Shown here piece by piece: positions 21,178-33,178 of a stretch of DNA of 64,000 nt. How positions within the stretch are numbered: the stretch's first letter is position 1; the number at the start of each line of letters is the position of its first letter. Location: positions 3,038,001-3,102,000 of the forward strand of contig OZ361256.1 in assembly GCA_977018835.1 (NCBI GenBank). The letters are read 5' to 3'. Both the position numbers and the translations under genes were made by a program. The notes below the pieces were generated by a model. That model ran no database searches and was not told where the DNA came from. It saw only the letters and a program-made list of their open reading frames with translations. The stretch comes from Minutocellus sp. GHC0000111. Lineage: Eukaryota.

Positions 21178-22578
21178 ATGGACCTCCTGGCGTCGCTCCA
21201 TCTCGACGTCCTGCCGGAGCAGCAGACCCGCACCTCCCACCCGTCTGTATCGGCCGCCCTCGAATCCAGCCCCGACGTCCGACTGGGCTTCGACGCGTGC
21301 TGCCACTGCGCGAAGCCGCTCCAAACTTCTGACGCTACAAGTAGCGATAGTGCAAACAAGTCATCCAAGGAGAAGGCGACCAAGCCATGCTACTGCAAGG
21401 GATGTCGTCGGGTGGCGTACTGCAGCTCCGAGTGTCGGGCGGCCGATGCAGCTTCCGGTGAAGACGATGGCGCCGGCGGTGGGCATGGATCGGTCGTCTG
21501 CGCCCTCTTGCGCCTTTGTGACAAGGACGAGGCCATTGACGAGGGCGAACAGAAGGAAGAAGAAGACGAGGCAGCCCGAGATCGGGTCCGGAGTGAGTTT
21601 GAATCGTACCCCGCCACGCTGGCCAACGTTTTGAGCAGCGCGCCGTGCTATCAGTCGGTGCTTTCGAGCAAGCGAAGCGAGGGTGTGCTCAATGTGCATG
21701 TCATCGGTGCATCGGAGGGTGTGGAACTTTGGGGTGATTACCACCCAGCCAAGGGGGAAGCCAATGTAAAGCAAGCCTATGCAGATGCCCTATGTGATCT
21801 AGCCGAATCGAACAAACTGAGTGTCAATATCAATTTTGTCGGACCTGATTGTCCTAAAAAGAAGAACAAGATGGATGTGTTCGAGAAATTGGCTACGATT
21901 GAAAAGGGTGGGAAACAAATGCAGGCCTGTCTAATGATGGAATCGCACCGTTCCAATTATGACGACAAGTTTTTGACCGAGCCACCATCTGGTGGTAGGT
22001 TTGGCAGAGGACCGATCGCTTCGCCGGACGTTGTGATATTCTTCAATCCGGGCTTTACCTGTCCTGACTACAGCTGGGATGGTGCGTTGAAATGCATCAA
22101 GGAAGGCACACCATTCCTGGTCACGACCAATACGGAAATGGAGGGCATTGCCGATTGTCAGTATCTATTCGAGAAGGGTTTTATTGCATCTCTTCTGCCA
22201 ATGATTCGCGATATCATTGAAGGTGGAGGAGGTAGCGACGATGAAGAGAGAGACATGGGTGGCGACGAATATGATGACGACTTCGGTGATATGTACTTTG
22301 GGGAAAATCCATTCGCCGGTTCCCGCGTGAGGCAGAGCGGCAACATGGCCAACGATTTGTTTGTCAAGAATCGATGGATGTTTGGAGGTATATTTGGTGG
22401 TGCTGAGCAGACGACATCATTGACTAGCATTAGCAAGAAGCGCAAGGAGAAGGAGGAGGATGGGGATGAAGAACCGCCAAAGAAGAAGAACAAGAAGAAG
22501 AAGAAGAAGAAGAAGAGCAAGAAATCCAAGGGCGGCAACACAAAGAAGGAGGAGGACGATGGAGATGACTTGTGGTAA
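21178..22578 (+). CDS. MYND zinc finger / MSS51-like protein
   Basis: CCHC...CKGCRRVAYCSSECR...H..VC MYND finger; HVIGAS, FVGPDC, FFNPG and ENPF MSS51-type motifs. Confidence 0.75.
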   Translation: MDLLASLHLDVLPEQQTRTSHPSVSAALESSPDVRLGFDACCHCAKPLQTSDATSSDSANKSSKEKATKPCYCKGCRRVAYCSSECRAADAASGEDDGAGGGHGSVVCALLRLCDKDEAIDEGEQKEEEDEAARDRVRSEFESYPATLANVLSSAPCYQSVLSSKRSEGVLNVHVIGASEGVELWGDYHPAKGEANVKQAYADALCDLAESNKLSVNINFVGPDCPKKKNKMDVFEKLATIEKGGKQMQACLMMESHRSNYDDKFLTEPPSGGRFGRGPIASPDVVIFFNPGFTCPDYSWDGALKCIKEGTPFLVTTNTEMEGIADCQYLFEKGFIASLLPMIRDIIEGGGGSDDEERDMGGDEYDDDFGDMYFGENPFAGSRVRQSGNMANDLFVKNRWMFGGIFGGAEQTTSLTSISKKRKEKEEDGDEEPPKKKNKKKKKKKKSKKSKGGNTKKEEDDGDDLW

Positions 22579-22678
22579 GTTCATTGGCTTGACTAATGAT
22601 TGCAATTTAGTATTTTGAATATTTGTTGAATTACTCACCACACATCATTATATTATTTCTCGTGATTTCCAAATGTAG

Positions 22679-22872
22679 CTGGGAGCCGAAGAATATTGAC
22701 GAAGGTTCCAGCATCAGGCTCGTGAGTGCAAGAAGACGCGCAAGCAGAGGTTCAAGACTGGTTCCAACGGATCTGTCCGCCTGCGTTCTGACACGGAGTT
22801 GTGCGTCACGTACCAGACGGATTCGCCCAGCAAGGGCGATAAGGTTCGTCTTGAAGACTGCTCTGGATCAAG
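22679..22872 (+). pseudogene. Orphan exon encoding a ricin-B (beta-trefoil) lectin-like repeat, frameshifted
   Basis: Bounded by AG and GT. Reads SIRL/ECKKTRKQRFKTGSNGSVRLRSDTELCV...VRLEDC with a 1-nt shift near 22721. No other exons were found. Confidence 0.5.
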
Positions 22873-22879
22873 GTATGTA

Positions 22880-24700
22880 CTAAAGAGTGGAGGTGCAAGT
22901 GTTGACTTTTTGAATTTGTGATTGGAACCCATTGCATTCTCACACAATGACAGGTAAAACCCAAACTTCCAGATTCTCCTCAACTTCTCCACCGCGACAT
23001 CACTTTCTCAATTGGTATGCCCATCAAGGCCAAAACAACGATAGCGAGGCTTCCACTCGGGAAGTATGTACCTACGCTGATGTCCGATAGTATTCTTCTC
23101 GCAGTTGGGTCGATAGTTCGGCCTAATTGTCTCCTGTGGTAATTTTTGGAGGGGAAGTTTTATCCTTCTGGGAGGTCCAAATAACCAATATGACGACAGT
23201 TTGGACAAATGTGCGTCCAGCCACCACATCAATACACTAACTCCGCTCAGATATGATATTAGGTGGCTCATTGATGGAAAGTTTCGCAGGTTTGCTGGAA
23301 CTGTTGGTGATTTGGTGAGTATCTGATGTTTCGTGGAGGTCGACGCCAGAAATCGCGGGGAGCTGAGTCCAAAATCAAGAATTGGTGAAAGACGCCAAGA
23401 AATCACAACAACCGCACGGGAAAGGCATGAAGTAGCGACCCTTGGCATACCCGAGCGACATCTATGCTCATGAAATATTCATTGTACTGGCATGGACGGG
23501 AACTTGAAATGAAATGATATGGAAATTGTCATGGTTTTCTTTTTTTTTAGGTTTGAGAGGTATTTTTTGAGCGAAATGGGGATAGTAGGGATGTTTTGTG
23601 GGCAGGTTGCTGCTGTAGATCATTTTCAACGCGTTGGAATAGTATAGGGCGCCTAATTTATGGAAAGTTTCGCGGGCTTCGTGCAAGTGTTGGCGGTTTG
23701 GTGACTAGATAAGGATTCTTCGGGAGGGTCGGTGACGGTCCAGCATGAATTCACGGGGAACTCCATGCTGCTGCTACACGGCAAAGATTCACAATCAATA
23801 CAGCTGGAGCACATCAAATGGTGACGACTGGTACCACTTATTGATTGCTGGCCTTAAAGATGAACTCGGTGGCGGTGTGGCAAGCATTGACATCACAATG
23901 GCCTTCGAAATCACCCTTTTTTCGTTTCTCGACCTTTCGTGGAGAAATTTCTGAGCCATTTCGGGAACAGTTTGGTACCAACGGTCGACCATAGGTACTG
24001 TGGCTTATTATCCCTGCCTAGCTATAATAGGAGACGTCCTATTTGTGAAAAGTTTCGCACGTTTGCTGCAAATCTTGATGATTTGGTGGCTTTGTGGGGA
24101 TTCTTCGTGGGGGGTCAGCGGCAAAATTTCACTCTCTCTCCAATAGGTACTAGTGCTGCTACCATATGACGAAAAATCACAATGAGTATAGCTGGAGGGC
24201 ATCTAAAGACACTCAATGTCATTAATAATCCGTTGCTATGCTAGCGGAATGTCTTTGATGATCATGTGGCGCGCAAGGAGTGCCAACGGGCCCGAAATCT
24301 GGTGCTTTAGGCCGGGCCTTAGAGCTGTGCGGACGAGAAAAAATGAAGAAATGGGGGTAGTTTCGTCAGATTACTGCACGGCAGCTTAAATACCTTATCA
24401 TCCTCGCTCAGAGGATGTACAAAGAGATTCACTAATTGGAAGTTTTCGATGGGTTTTGGCCAAGATTGATCCGTTCGGAGTAGCATTCGTATTTTGCGGG
24501 GGGTCCCTGGAGGATTTCTGAAGGACGGTCAGTAGACACATGATGTTGCTTCTTTGCGCCAAGAAACCACAGCAACTACACGGGAAGGATATCAAAGTGC
24601 TTTCTGTGGTACTGCAAAGTATTGTATCACCTCGCGAAGAATCGTTGGTTGCGGTGTGGGAAGTACTGGTGGTGGAGAGCTGTAAAAATCAGCATTTTTT
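22880..24700. repeat. Degenerate non-coding tandem array, unit about 385-390 bp, 4-5 copies
   Basis: The motif AAGTTT(T)CG...TTTG/C recurs at 23281, 23667, 24052 and 24442. Other sub-motifs recur with the same spacing. Confidence 0.7.
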
Positions 24701-25031
24701 GCGTTGTTGCTGTGGCCGTTGACCTTCACGAGGGATTGAGGCCGATGTCACAAGAAGTAACCACAAACACAACAACAACAACACTTTAATGTATACCCAA
24801 CACCATATATATTAAGACATCATCTATGGATAGCACCTGTAGTAAGACGACTTTGTTTGCTTAATCTCAGTCCATACTACAATTGGATAATGAACATGAC
24901 CAGAAATCAGCAGGTCGCGCAATTGCCTATGCCATTGGTATTCATGCAAGAGGATTAATCTCAGACCAAAATAAATTTAGATGTGAAGCAACAGGATATT
25001 ATCATGCCACACTCACTGCATGTAATCTACG

Positions 25032-26261
25032 TCATTTCTTATCGGATCGAAGCGTCAACGCGACCATGCCAATGGCAGCAGCGGCTAGGCCGGGTACCTG
25101 ATTGACCATGCCGAAATGTTTTGGGAAGGACGGATCGAACAGCACAGCTCCCGCCCTGGCACCAAGGTACAGCCCACCGAAGGTCTTGACGCCCTTGGAC
25201 AAGGCGCGGTAGTTGTCATCCACGAGAATTTGTCCATCTTCCGCCGCTTCCTTCAAATCGAAACACGTCACTGCCCCCAAGAAGGTGTAGATGGGGAACG
25301 CCCTCGACAGTCTGCGGCTGGTCCAGCTGGGGATGACTGCGATGGGCATGTTACACAAGGTCTGCATGGCTGTGAAGATTAGGAACGACGAAGTGAGAAG
25401 GCTGTACTTGACCTGCACGGGATCGTCGATGCTTGCGGGGGCGATGCTAAGGAGGGATCTGGACACCCCATCCACGACACGGCGCGGCCAGGTGAGGGGT
25501 TGACGCCGTGCTTCGTCGGGGAGGGAACGGACCCAGACAGCGGCACCCAGGATGGCAGCGGAGCCGTAGCACGCAATTAGCTTGGCTTGCATGGTACCGC
25601 TGTACACCTGATGTGATGCGAGAGGCGTGGATCCAGGAATCTTGGTAATTTGTTCCGCGAAGCGCACCCACAAAGAGCTGGCGACCCCGGTAGTCACGAG
25701 GGCCAGGTTGTGCCGACGGCAGGATTTGCTCGTGCCCAGATCCTCCCACGACGTGGCCCTTGAGGCCGTAGCGGCCAGGCTGGCAAAGCAGCCGCCGATG
25801 AGACCTGCCGCCGACATGGCCCCGATCCGGGCAAATACCCCGTGATGCCAGCAGGGCATCATGGCCCCGGGGCGCTGGTTGCTTCGAATCGTTGTGTAGA
25901 CCATGGTGCTCCATGCGGCCGCCGTGGCAACTCCGGTAGCAGTGTAGGCCAAGCGCAGATATTTCAGTCCCTTGGGACGACTTGGTGTGCTCGTACTTGT
26001 ACTTCCGGCATCGGCAGTGCTGGCAGCATCATCGCCCCCTCCTCTCGAGATGGGCAGCAGCAGATCGCCTTTGTACCTGATGGACGACCTGGACGGCATC
26101 ATGGCAGTACTTGCGGCCGCGGCGCCTCGAGGCTGACTACGTATGGCAGCAGATCGGACGCCGACAGATATCGGGGCCAGCAGCCGTCGATGCCCAGAGA
26201 CCACCGCGCCCCCTGGGGCGAGAAGGAGCAGATTGAGAAAAAGAAGTCGAAGCATCGTCAT
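25032..26261 (-). CDS. Multi-pass membrane protein with signal peptide and an RGG motif before the mature region
   Basis: 409-aa ORF, hydrophobic N-terminus, LPISRGG, about 8 hydrophobic segments. Confidence 0.7.
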   Translation of the reverse strand: MTMLRLLFLNLLLLAPGGAVVSGHRRLLAPISVGVRSAAIRSQPRGAAAASTAMMPSRSSIRYKGDLLLPISRGGGDDAASTADAGSTSTSTPSRPKGLKYLRLAYTATGVATAAAWSTMVYTTIRSNQRPGAMMPCWHHGVFARIGAMSAAGLIGGCFASLAATASRATSWEDLGTSKSCRRHNLALVTTGVASSLWVRFAEQITKIPGSTPLASHQVYSGTMQAKLIACYGSAAILGAAVWVRSLPDEARRQPLTWPRRVVDGVSRSLLSIAPASIDDPVQVKYSLLTSSFLIFTAMQTLCNMPIAVIPSWTSRRLSRAFPIYTFLGAVTCFDLKEAAEDGQILVDDNYRALSKGVKTFGGLYLGARAGAVLFDPSFPKHFGMVNQVPGLAAAAIGMVALTLRSDKK

Positions 26262-26613
26262 AATGATTAGTAAGATGCTTTTGATTGTTGGGGAAAGGTA
26301 TCTGTAGGACCGGTCCTAGCTACGTAGCTAGCAACCTTTATCTGGATAAGTGCAACTATTGCAAAAGCTCAACAAGTGTTCAAGCATCTAACGACGGAGG
26401 TTCTGGAGAGGGATCCACGCGGTTGATTCCGTCCTCGTATCTTTTGTGGTGTCAACTCATCATGTGAATTGTGCCGCTTGCAGGCTAAAAGTACACGCGC
26501 TTTTTGTGGATTTCCTCCTACGCTACGCTACACGTCACTTTTGCATCGTTTCGAAATACGCCTCCCTCCAGCAGCGTTCTCGTCATTTTTGAGCGAAGCA
26601 GCATCAGGCAACG

Positions 26614-29416
26614 ATGGTCCGACCCCTCGCAGCGACGGCCCTGGCCGCCGCGGCTCTGGTCGCCACGCACCAAATACCCACCGCCGAGGCGGCGGGAAAG
26701 TCGTACCAGAAGGGCCACAAGGTCGAGCTTTGGGTGTCCAAGGTGCGATACCAAACAATCGCGGAGGGAGCAAACACAAAACATGCTCGGTTTTTACTGT
26801 TTCGTTGGAGTTTTTCGGCGGGCAATTTCCGTAGAATCCGGTACTTTTGGTACAGACACGATCAACGGATATCTGGGCTTAAGATGTGCTGGAGGGGCAG
26901 GCAAAGGGGAGAGAACGATGAGGAAGAAAGGGAGTTGCGTTTGGTAGGCATTTACTCGGTCAGACTGCCACTGACGATGGTTGAATGATTATACACAGCA
27001 GGGTATCGCTGAATAACACATGCTGCGTTTCGGCTTTGGCGCTTCGAGGCGATTCAAAGATACGAATGACTACGACTTAAAGCACGACGAGACCAATGTC
27101 CAATGCATGCATGTGCTTTTCGGCAGTGTTGATTGATAGGCGAGGGATGCCACTGGCTTGTCGTGTCCTGCGTCGCGCTGGCTTGTCAGGAAGGAAAACA
27201 GCGCATCATGTGTCGCTTGTCATCAGCGGCAAAGCTTCGTGGAATTCCCATTTGTTTGGTCGATAACTCAGCAAATGTGGATGCAACATGTTCTTGGCCC
27301 TCCCGCTTTTGATGGCATTTTGAAGAGAAGGAATCGAATCAGATATATATGCTGATGAAATATGTATCATATGCACGCATGGAATGGGATAGGAGTTTCC
27401 TCTCTGTTTTTTCGACTCCCGGAATCATGCCTTGTTCTCACACTTCTCTGTCGCATCTTTCATCTCACAATAATGCAGGTTGGACCGTATGGCAATCCCC
27501 AGGAGGCATATGAATACTACACAGTGCCGTACTGTGCTCCTGATACGGAGCACCATCCGGAGACGGGATCTTCGGGTTTGTTCAACACTTTGAAATCGAC
27601 CTACCTCGGCGAGGCCCTCGGAGGTCATTCCCTCCGCCACACCGGCCACGATCTGACCTTTGGGTCCGACACCGCTGCCGGTTCGACCCCCGTCGTGGAG
27701 GAATGCACTACCAAACCCTTGTCGGAGGAGCAGGCCGCTGCCTTTACCAAGGCCGCCGAGGATCAGTGGTTCTATCAGATGTATCTGGACGATCTGCCCA
27801 TCTGGGGCATGGTAGGGGAGATGCTCCCCGCCAACGCCGGGGCCCAGGCGGCGGCTGGTGGCGCAGCCGAGAGCGACTTCAACAAGCTGGAGGAGGAGGC
27901 CGCCGTGCACATGGCTGCCGGCGATGCCAGCAATGCCGACTTGAAGCCCTACGTGTACACCGAGCGGACCCTGACCATCGACTACAACGGCGACCGCGTC
28001 ATCAAGGTCGATCTGACGTCCGACCCGGCCTCGTTGGTCGAGGTCAAGCCCGGCGTGTCGCTCAAGTTCCGCATGTTCATCAAGTGGCAGAAGACCACGG
28101 CGCAGTTCCACTCCCGCTTCGATCGGTATTTGGACCATGCCTTCTTCAAGCATCAGATTCATTGGTTCAGCATTTTCAACTCGTTCATGATGGTCATGTT
28201 CCTGACGGGATTGGTCGCTCTGATTCTGCTCCGGACGTTGCGGAAGGACTATGCCAAGTATTCGATGGGACACGATCTGGAGCTCGGTGGTGATGAGGAT
28301 GAGTACGACGATGACGGCAAGCCACTCGTTCCCGGCCCTGGTACGGAAGAGAGTGGCTGGAAGCAGGTCCATGGCGATGTCTTCAGAGCGCCGAGGTTGC
28401 TGCCCCTCTTTGCTGCCTTGTTGGGTACCGGTTGGCAGCTCGTTGTCCTCACTTTTGGAGTTATCCTCTATGCTTGCCTTGGTTCTCTCCACGGCGCCGT
28501 CCATGAGGAGCGCGGTGAGGTATTGCACTCCATTCTGTGGTGCTACGTCTTTTCGTCGATTGTTGCTGGATACATGTCCGGTTCGTACTTTAAGCGCTAC
28601 TACGCCACCACCAACCCTCGCGGCAAGAGCGGAAGTGGTTCTTCGGACGTGCCCATCTCCGCCGGTACCTCCATGTGGCAGGCGACGATGTTCCTTACCG
28701 TCGTTCTCCTTCCCACGATTATGACAGCAATCCTTTCAGCGCTCAATTTCATCTCTCTGGTCTATGGAACCATTTCGTACATCCCCTTCATGGTCATCCT
28801 CAAGGTTTTCCTCATCTACATCTTCATGTCGGTTCCGCTCACGATCTTTGGTACCCTCCTTGGCCGCCATGCCAAGCTTGCCGCCGGTGGTAAGGGCAAG
28901 CCCGCCGGAGAGCACTTCCCCTGTCGTGTGAACGCCATCCCTCAGCCGATACCCGACGAGGGCGTTGCATGGTACGGCAAGCCTCAGAACATTGTCCCGT
29001 TCGCTGGACTTCTTTCGTTCGGTTCTATCTTCATTGAGCTGTACTACATCCTCACCTCACTTTGGAACTACAAGTACTATCACGTCTATGGATTCCTCTT
29101 GGGCGTCTATGCCATCCTAATGATCGTAGTATGCATGACTACCGTTATCGTGGTCTACTTCTGCCTCAACGCCGAGAACTACCTCTGGCAGTGGACGGCC
29201 TTTGCATCGGGCGCCAGCACCGCCGGCTACGTTTTCCTTTACGGCGTCTACTACTACATCTTCAAAACGGGAATGAATGGCTTCCTCCAAACATCATTTT
29301 ACTTTGGATACATGGGTCTCATTGCTTTGAATCTCGGTTTGCTATGCGGCACCGTCGGACACTTTGCTGCCAGCAAGTTCGTTCGCACCATCTTCCAGAA
29401 CGTCAAGGTTGATTAA
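26614..29416 (+). CDS. TM9SF3: Transmembrane 9 superfamily (nonaspanin/EMP70) protein; exons 26614-26742 and 27479-29416
   Basis: VELWVSK|VGPYGNPQEAYEYY, IHWFSIFNS, SGWKQVHGDVFR and the NVKVD C-terminus. The intron is 736 bp and phase 0. Confidence 0.92.
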
Positions 29417-29593
29417 ATTTAAAGGAGCGCAAGGCACATAGAGAGGGGCGAATACAACATCACTAAGTAACAATCATTTGCATTGATTCCTACATTGTCT
29501 CCTAGCTAGGTAGTAATTATGTACGTATAACGCTAGATGACATGAGCATGTTGACCTGCAGCGCAGACATCTAAAAGCAAGTTGCCATGCCTA

Positions 29594-32500
29594 TCAAGCG
29601 GTGTTCTCTTCCTTGCTGAGTCCATCATCAGAGCCTCGGTCGCTGCCAGATGCACTGACGCTTGACACCTCAGAGTTGTACGAGCGTTGCTGCTTGACAA
29701 CACTGAGGCCCTTAGCAGTGGACATGCCAGAGAAGTAGGCACCGCCGTCGTTGTTGTCATCGTCGTTGCTGCTGGTCCAGCTCGACTCACTGGATAGCTC
29801 GCCGCTGTCACGCTTGGACATGCATGGCTTGCTTCCGAGTGCAGCAGGATCGACGACCCGAACCTTCTTGTTGGAGGCGTCCGGTTCGTTGTCCTCGGAG
29901 TGTTGACGCTTCCTGGTGCCGCTCTCGTCGGACTCGGGAGGGGAGTCGGTGCCAGCAGACTTCTTCTTCTCGTCACTTCCAGAGGTGCTGATGTCGGATA
30001 CTTCATCCTTCTTCGTTCCGTCCTGCTTGAGGCTGGTGAGGGTCGTGAGCGAGCTGATGCTGAAGTTGCTGGAAATATCGCTCAGATTCAGGCCATCGGA
30101 GCCGTTCTTGGACTGAGCTCCCAGGGAGAGACAACTTTCTTGACGTCTGGTGGGGTTATAGTTGGTAGACGATGGCTTTTTCTGCTGGTGAGAAAGATTG
30201 ACGTGGTGGACGTGGATGTTCGTAGTACCAGTTGCAGCAGCGGCTTGAGGTCGATCCTGGGCTTCCCAAGCAGCTCCAGGGCTGCCCTTTTTGGTGTGTT
30301 CCTCAAGTATCTTCTGCAAGAAGGCATTCGAGTTCAAGAATTGCTCGGATACGGCTGCATTCGTATCAATTTCGCTGCAGTCGTTGATCGACGAGGTTGG
30401 CATTGCAAAAGATGGGGCATCGGCCTGCTGATTAGCGGATTGTGTTTGAGGCTGATGCACAGCTTGAGTCTGGGCGTTAAGATCCAACTGCTGCTGCTGC
30501 TGCATCGATGGGAATACCTCGTTGGACATATTCTGCAACTGAGGCTGCTGGAACTGGCCAGTCGTATTGGAAGCCGGAAGAGTTGCGTAGCTCTGCGACG
30601 CCGAGGCAAGCTGAGATGACCCAGGAGTGACGCCCAGTGCCGGCGTATTTCCTCCACTTTTTAGCATTGACAGTTGGTTCATAAGCTGAGCCTGCTGCTG
30701 CTGGAGGGACAGAATCTGCATCTGCTCCTGAGACATGCCGGCGGGCGGCATGGCTTGCTGCTGCTGTTGAAAACCCAGCTGGCCCGCTTGAGCTTGCATG
30801 GACATTTGTTGTTGTGGCTGCACCTGGGCCTGTCCCTGATTTTGAGCCTCCTTCATCTGGTAGTACTGGACGAGGAGGGACTGGATGTCGGATGGGAGAG
30901 CCGAGAACTGCTCCTGGGAAAGCCCCATCTGCATACTTGGGGACGGCTGCGCGATGGGAGGAACGTTGCTACTCATCGGCTGGGCCGGCTGGGCCAGAGC
31001 CGGTTGTTGCTGCTGTGCAAATGACGGGGCCTGCTGAGGAAATTGCTGCTGTTGGACTTGGAAGGCGACTCGAGGTCCCTGCTGTGCCGCCGGCGACTGT
31101 CCTGCAGGATGCTGGAGCATGCCCCCCCGGATCATTGACATTGCGGCAATCTTCTCTTGCTGGTACTGCTTCATTTCTTCCCGGTATCGGACAGCATCCT
31201 TCTCGGCCATGGCCTTGTAGCGGGCCATGTCCTCCTTGGACACCGTCTTCCATCGCTTGGCAATCTCCTGGTTGAGATCTCGAAATGAAATCTTTCCATG
31301 GGGCTTCTTGCGTTTTGATCGGGAGGATCTTGCACTAGTCGAAGCGTTGGTGGCGACGGACTTGACATCATCGGGGGCGATAACGCGAGCCTTCTTGATG
31401 CCGGCGGCAGCTGCGTCGGTGCTTGTCGAGGAGGATGTAACGGCGGTTGCGCCGACCGATGCACCGGCACCAGCAGAAGCCTTGGCGCCGCCAGGACGAG
31501 TATGGCACGTGCACATCTTACGCTTTCGGGACGAATGGTGGCCTTTGGCATCGGAACCGGCAGATGATGAGGGCGATGCCTCGGAATTTTCGCCCTTCTT
31601 GGAGGTACTGCTAGTTTTGCCAGGGGATGTAGACTTGGTCTAGAGAGACGCAGCGGAGGGATACGAGGAGGAACAATTGGATTGTTAGATGCTATGTAAG
31701 TGATTAAGGAAGTTGATGACGGCATCCGTCTAAACCTGATCACATAGACATACAACGATATCACCAGTCAAAGCTAAGTCAAGTCAAGTGATTACAATAC
31801 CATCAGCGTTTCAACACAATACAAACATTAAAACATACCTTGTTGTTGTTCGTCGTCCTGGCACGGCTCTTGTCGTCGTCGTCGCTGCTGCTGGCCTGAC
31901 TACTGCTGGCACTGCTGGGTCCACCGTACTCACTGCTGGAGATGTCCGCGTCGGCACCACTACTGCCGGCTATACTGGTGGCCGAGTCGGGGTTAGACTC
32001 CGACGACGAAGCAGCGCTCGACGCCGAGACGTATCGCGGTGGTCGCTTGGTAGTGTTATTGTTGCTCGATGAATCGTTGGACGAGGAGGAGGATTCCTTG
32101 CCATTGTTGGAACCCGATTCAGATCCATTGTTGCTCGGACTCGAGCTTGTGGCTGACCTGGAAGAATCAATATTGGTGTTGGTCTTCTTGTTCTTGTCCT
32201 TACTACTGCTCTTCCTGTTCTTGTCATCAGAAGTAGTGGAAGACGGACGATCCTCGGAACTCGACGACAATCTCGACAGGGTACCGCTCTCCTCATGGTT
32301 GAGCACTTCCTTGATAGGTCGGCTCTGTCTCTGTGCACTCTGTGTCTGTGGCGGTAAGGGCTCGTCGGCCTTGTGGCTACTGAGCTGAGCGATCTCTCCA
32401 GAGCAGCTGGGACAGACCGAGCAGGCTCCGGCATCTGCCTTTTCTGACTTGCTACTATCACCCGACTGCTTTCGGAGCATACTTCCCGAGGATATCGAAC

Positions 32501-33178
32501 TGTTGACGCTGTCGGCGCTGCTTAGGGAGACGGCGCCATCGCTGGACGATGATGAGCTGCTGGGCTCCCGCTCGTTGAGGATGCGTATTCTCTCTTCCTG
32601 GAAGAAGTAGTCTGTACATGTACGTGAACAAGGTAAAAGAAAGAAGTTCGTTAGAGCACCACATCGACGAGAAACACAGGCAGGCTCTGCAAATGCAGAA
32701 TACATCAGCAAGACAGGGGATACGCCATTACTTACTGTATGCAGTCATCTGTGCAGTGCGACGCGTTCGGAAAGTTTTGAGAGGGAGGATTACAACACGA
32801 CATTGTAGGTAAAAAACAATAAAACGCACGGCATTACAAAGCGTAATAGCGAGAGCCGCCGAGCACATTCCGGCGGAGATGCAGAGCACATACTACTACG
32901 TAGTAGCATGGCAGGCATGCACATCCGAGATCATGCCGCCCTCGGCACAACGACGACTCAAAAAAAAAACGGCACGCACATGATGAATGCGCAGACGCAA
33001 ATCAGCGCATGCATGCAAACGCAAGAGACATTCATTCACTTACCCCCCTCTTGGGCTTCTTCCAACGGGGTCGGGCCGAGTATGCCTCGTCCGGCAGCGG
33101 CTGTTGCATCTGCTGTATCTGCTGGGGCTGTGCACCAGCGGTCCCGTCCGTTCCGGTTGTGTTCATCGACGGGAACAT
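29594..33178 (-). CDS. HMG-box transcription factor with Gln-rich activation region; exons 33178-33044, 32748-32736, 32611-31839, 31639-29594
   Basis: The spliced product gives KPKRG|MTAYN|YFFQEERIRIL (helix 1) and PHGKISFRDLNQEIAKRWK...YREEMKQY (helices 2-3). All junctions are GT-AG and in phase. Confidence 0.85.

Noticed and set aside
26743..27478. Intronic C/D snoRNA in the long TM9SF intron
   Set aside because: Only partial ATGA/CTGA boxes were seen, with no terminal stem or recognisable guide; an Infernal search would be needed.
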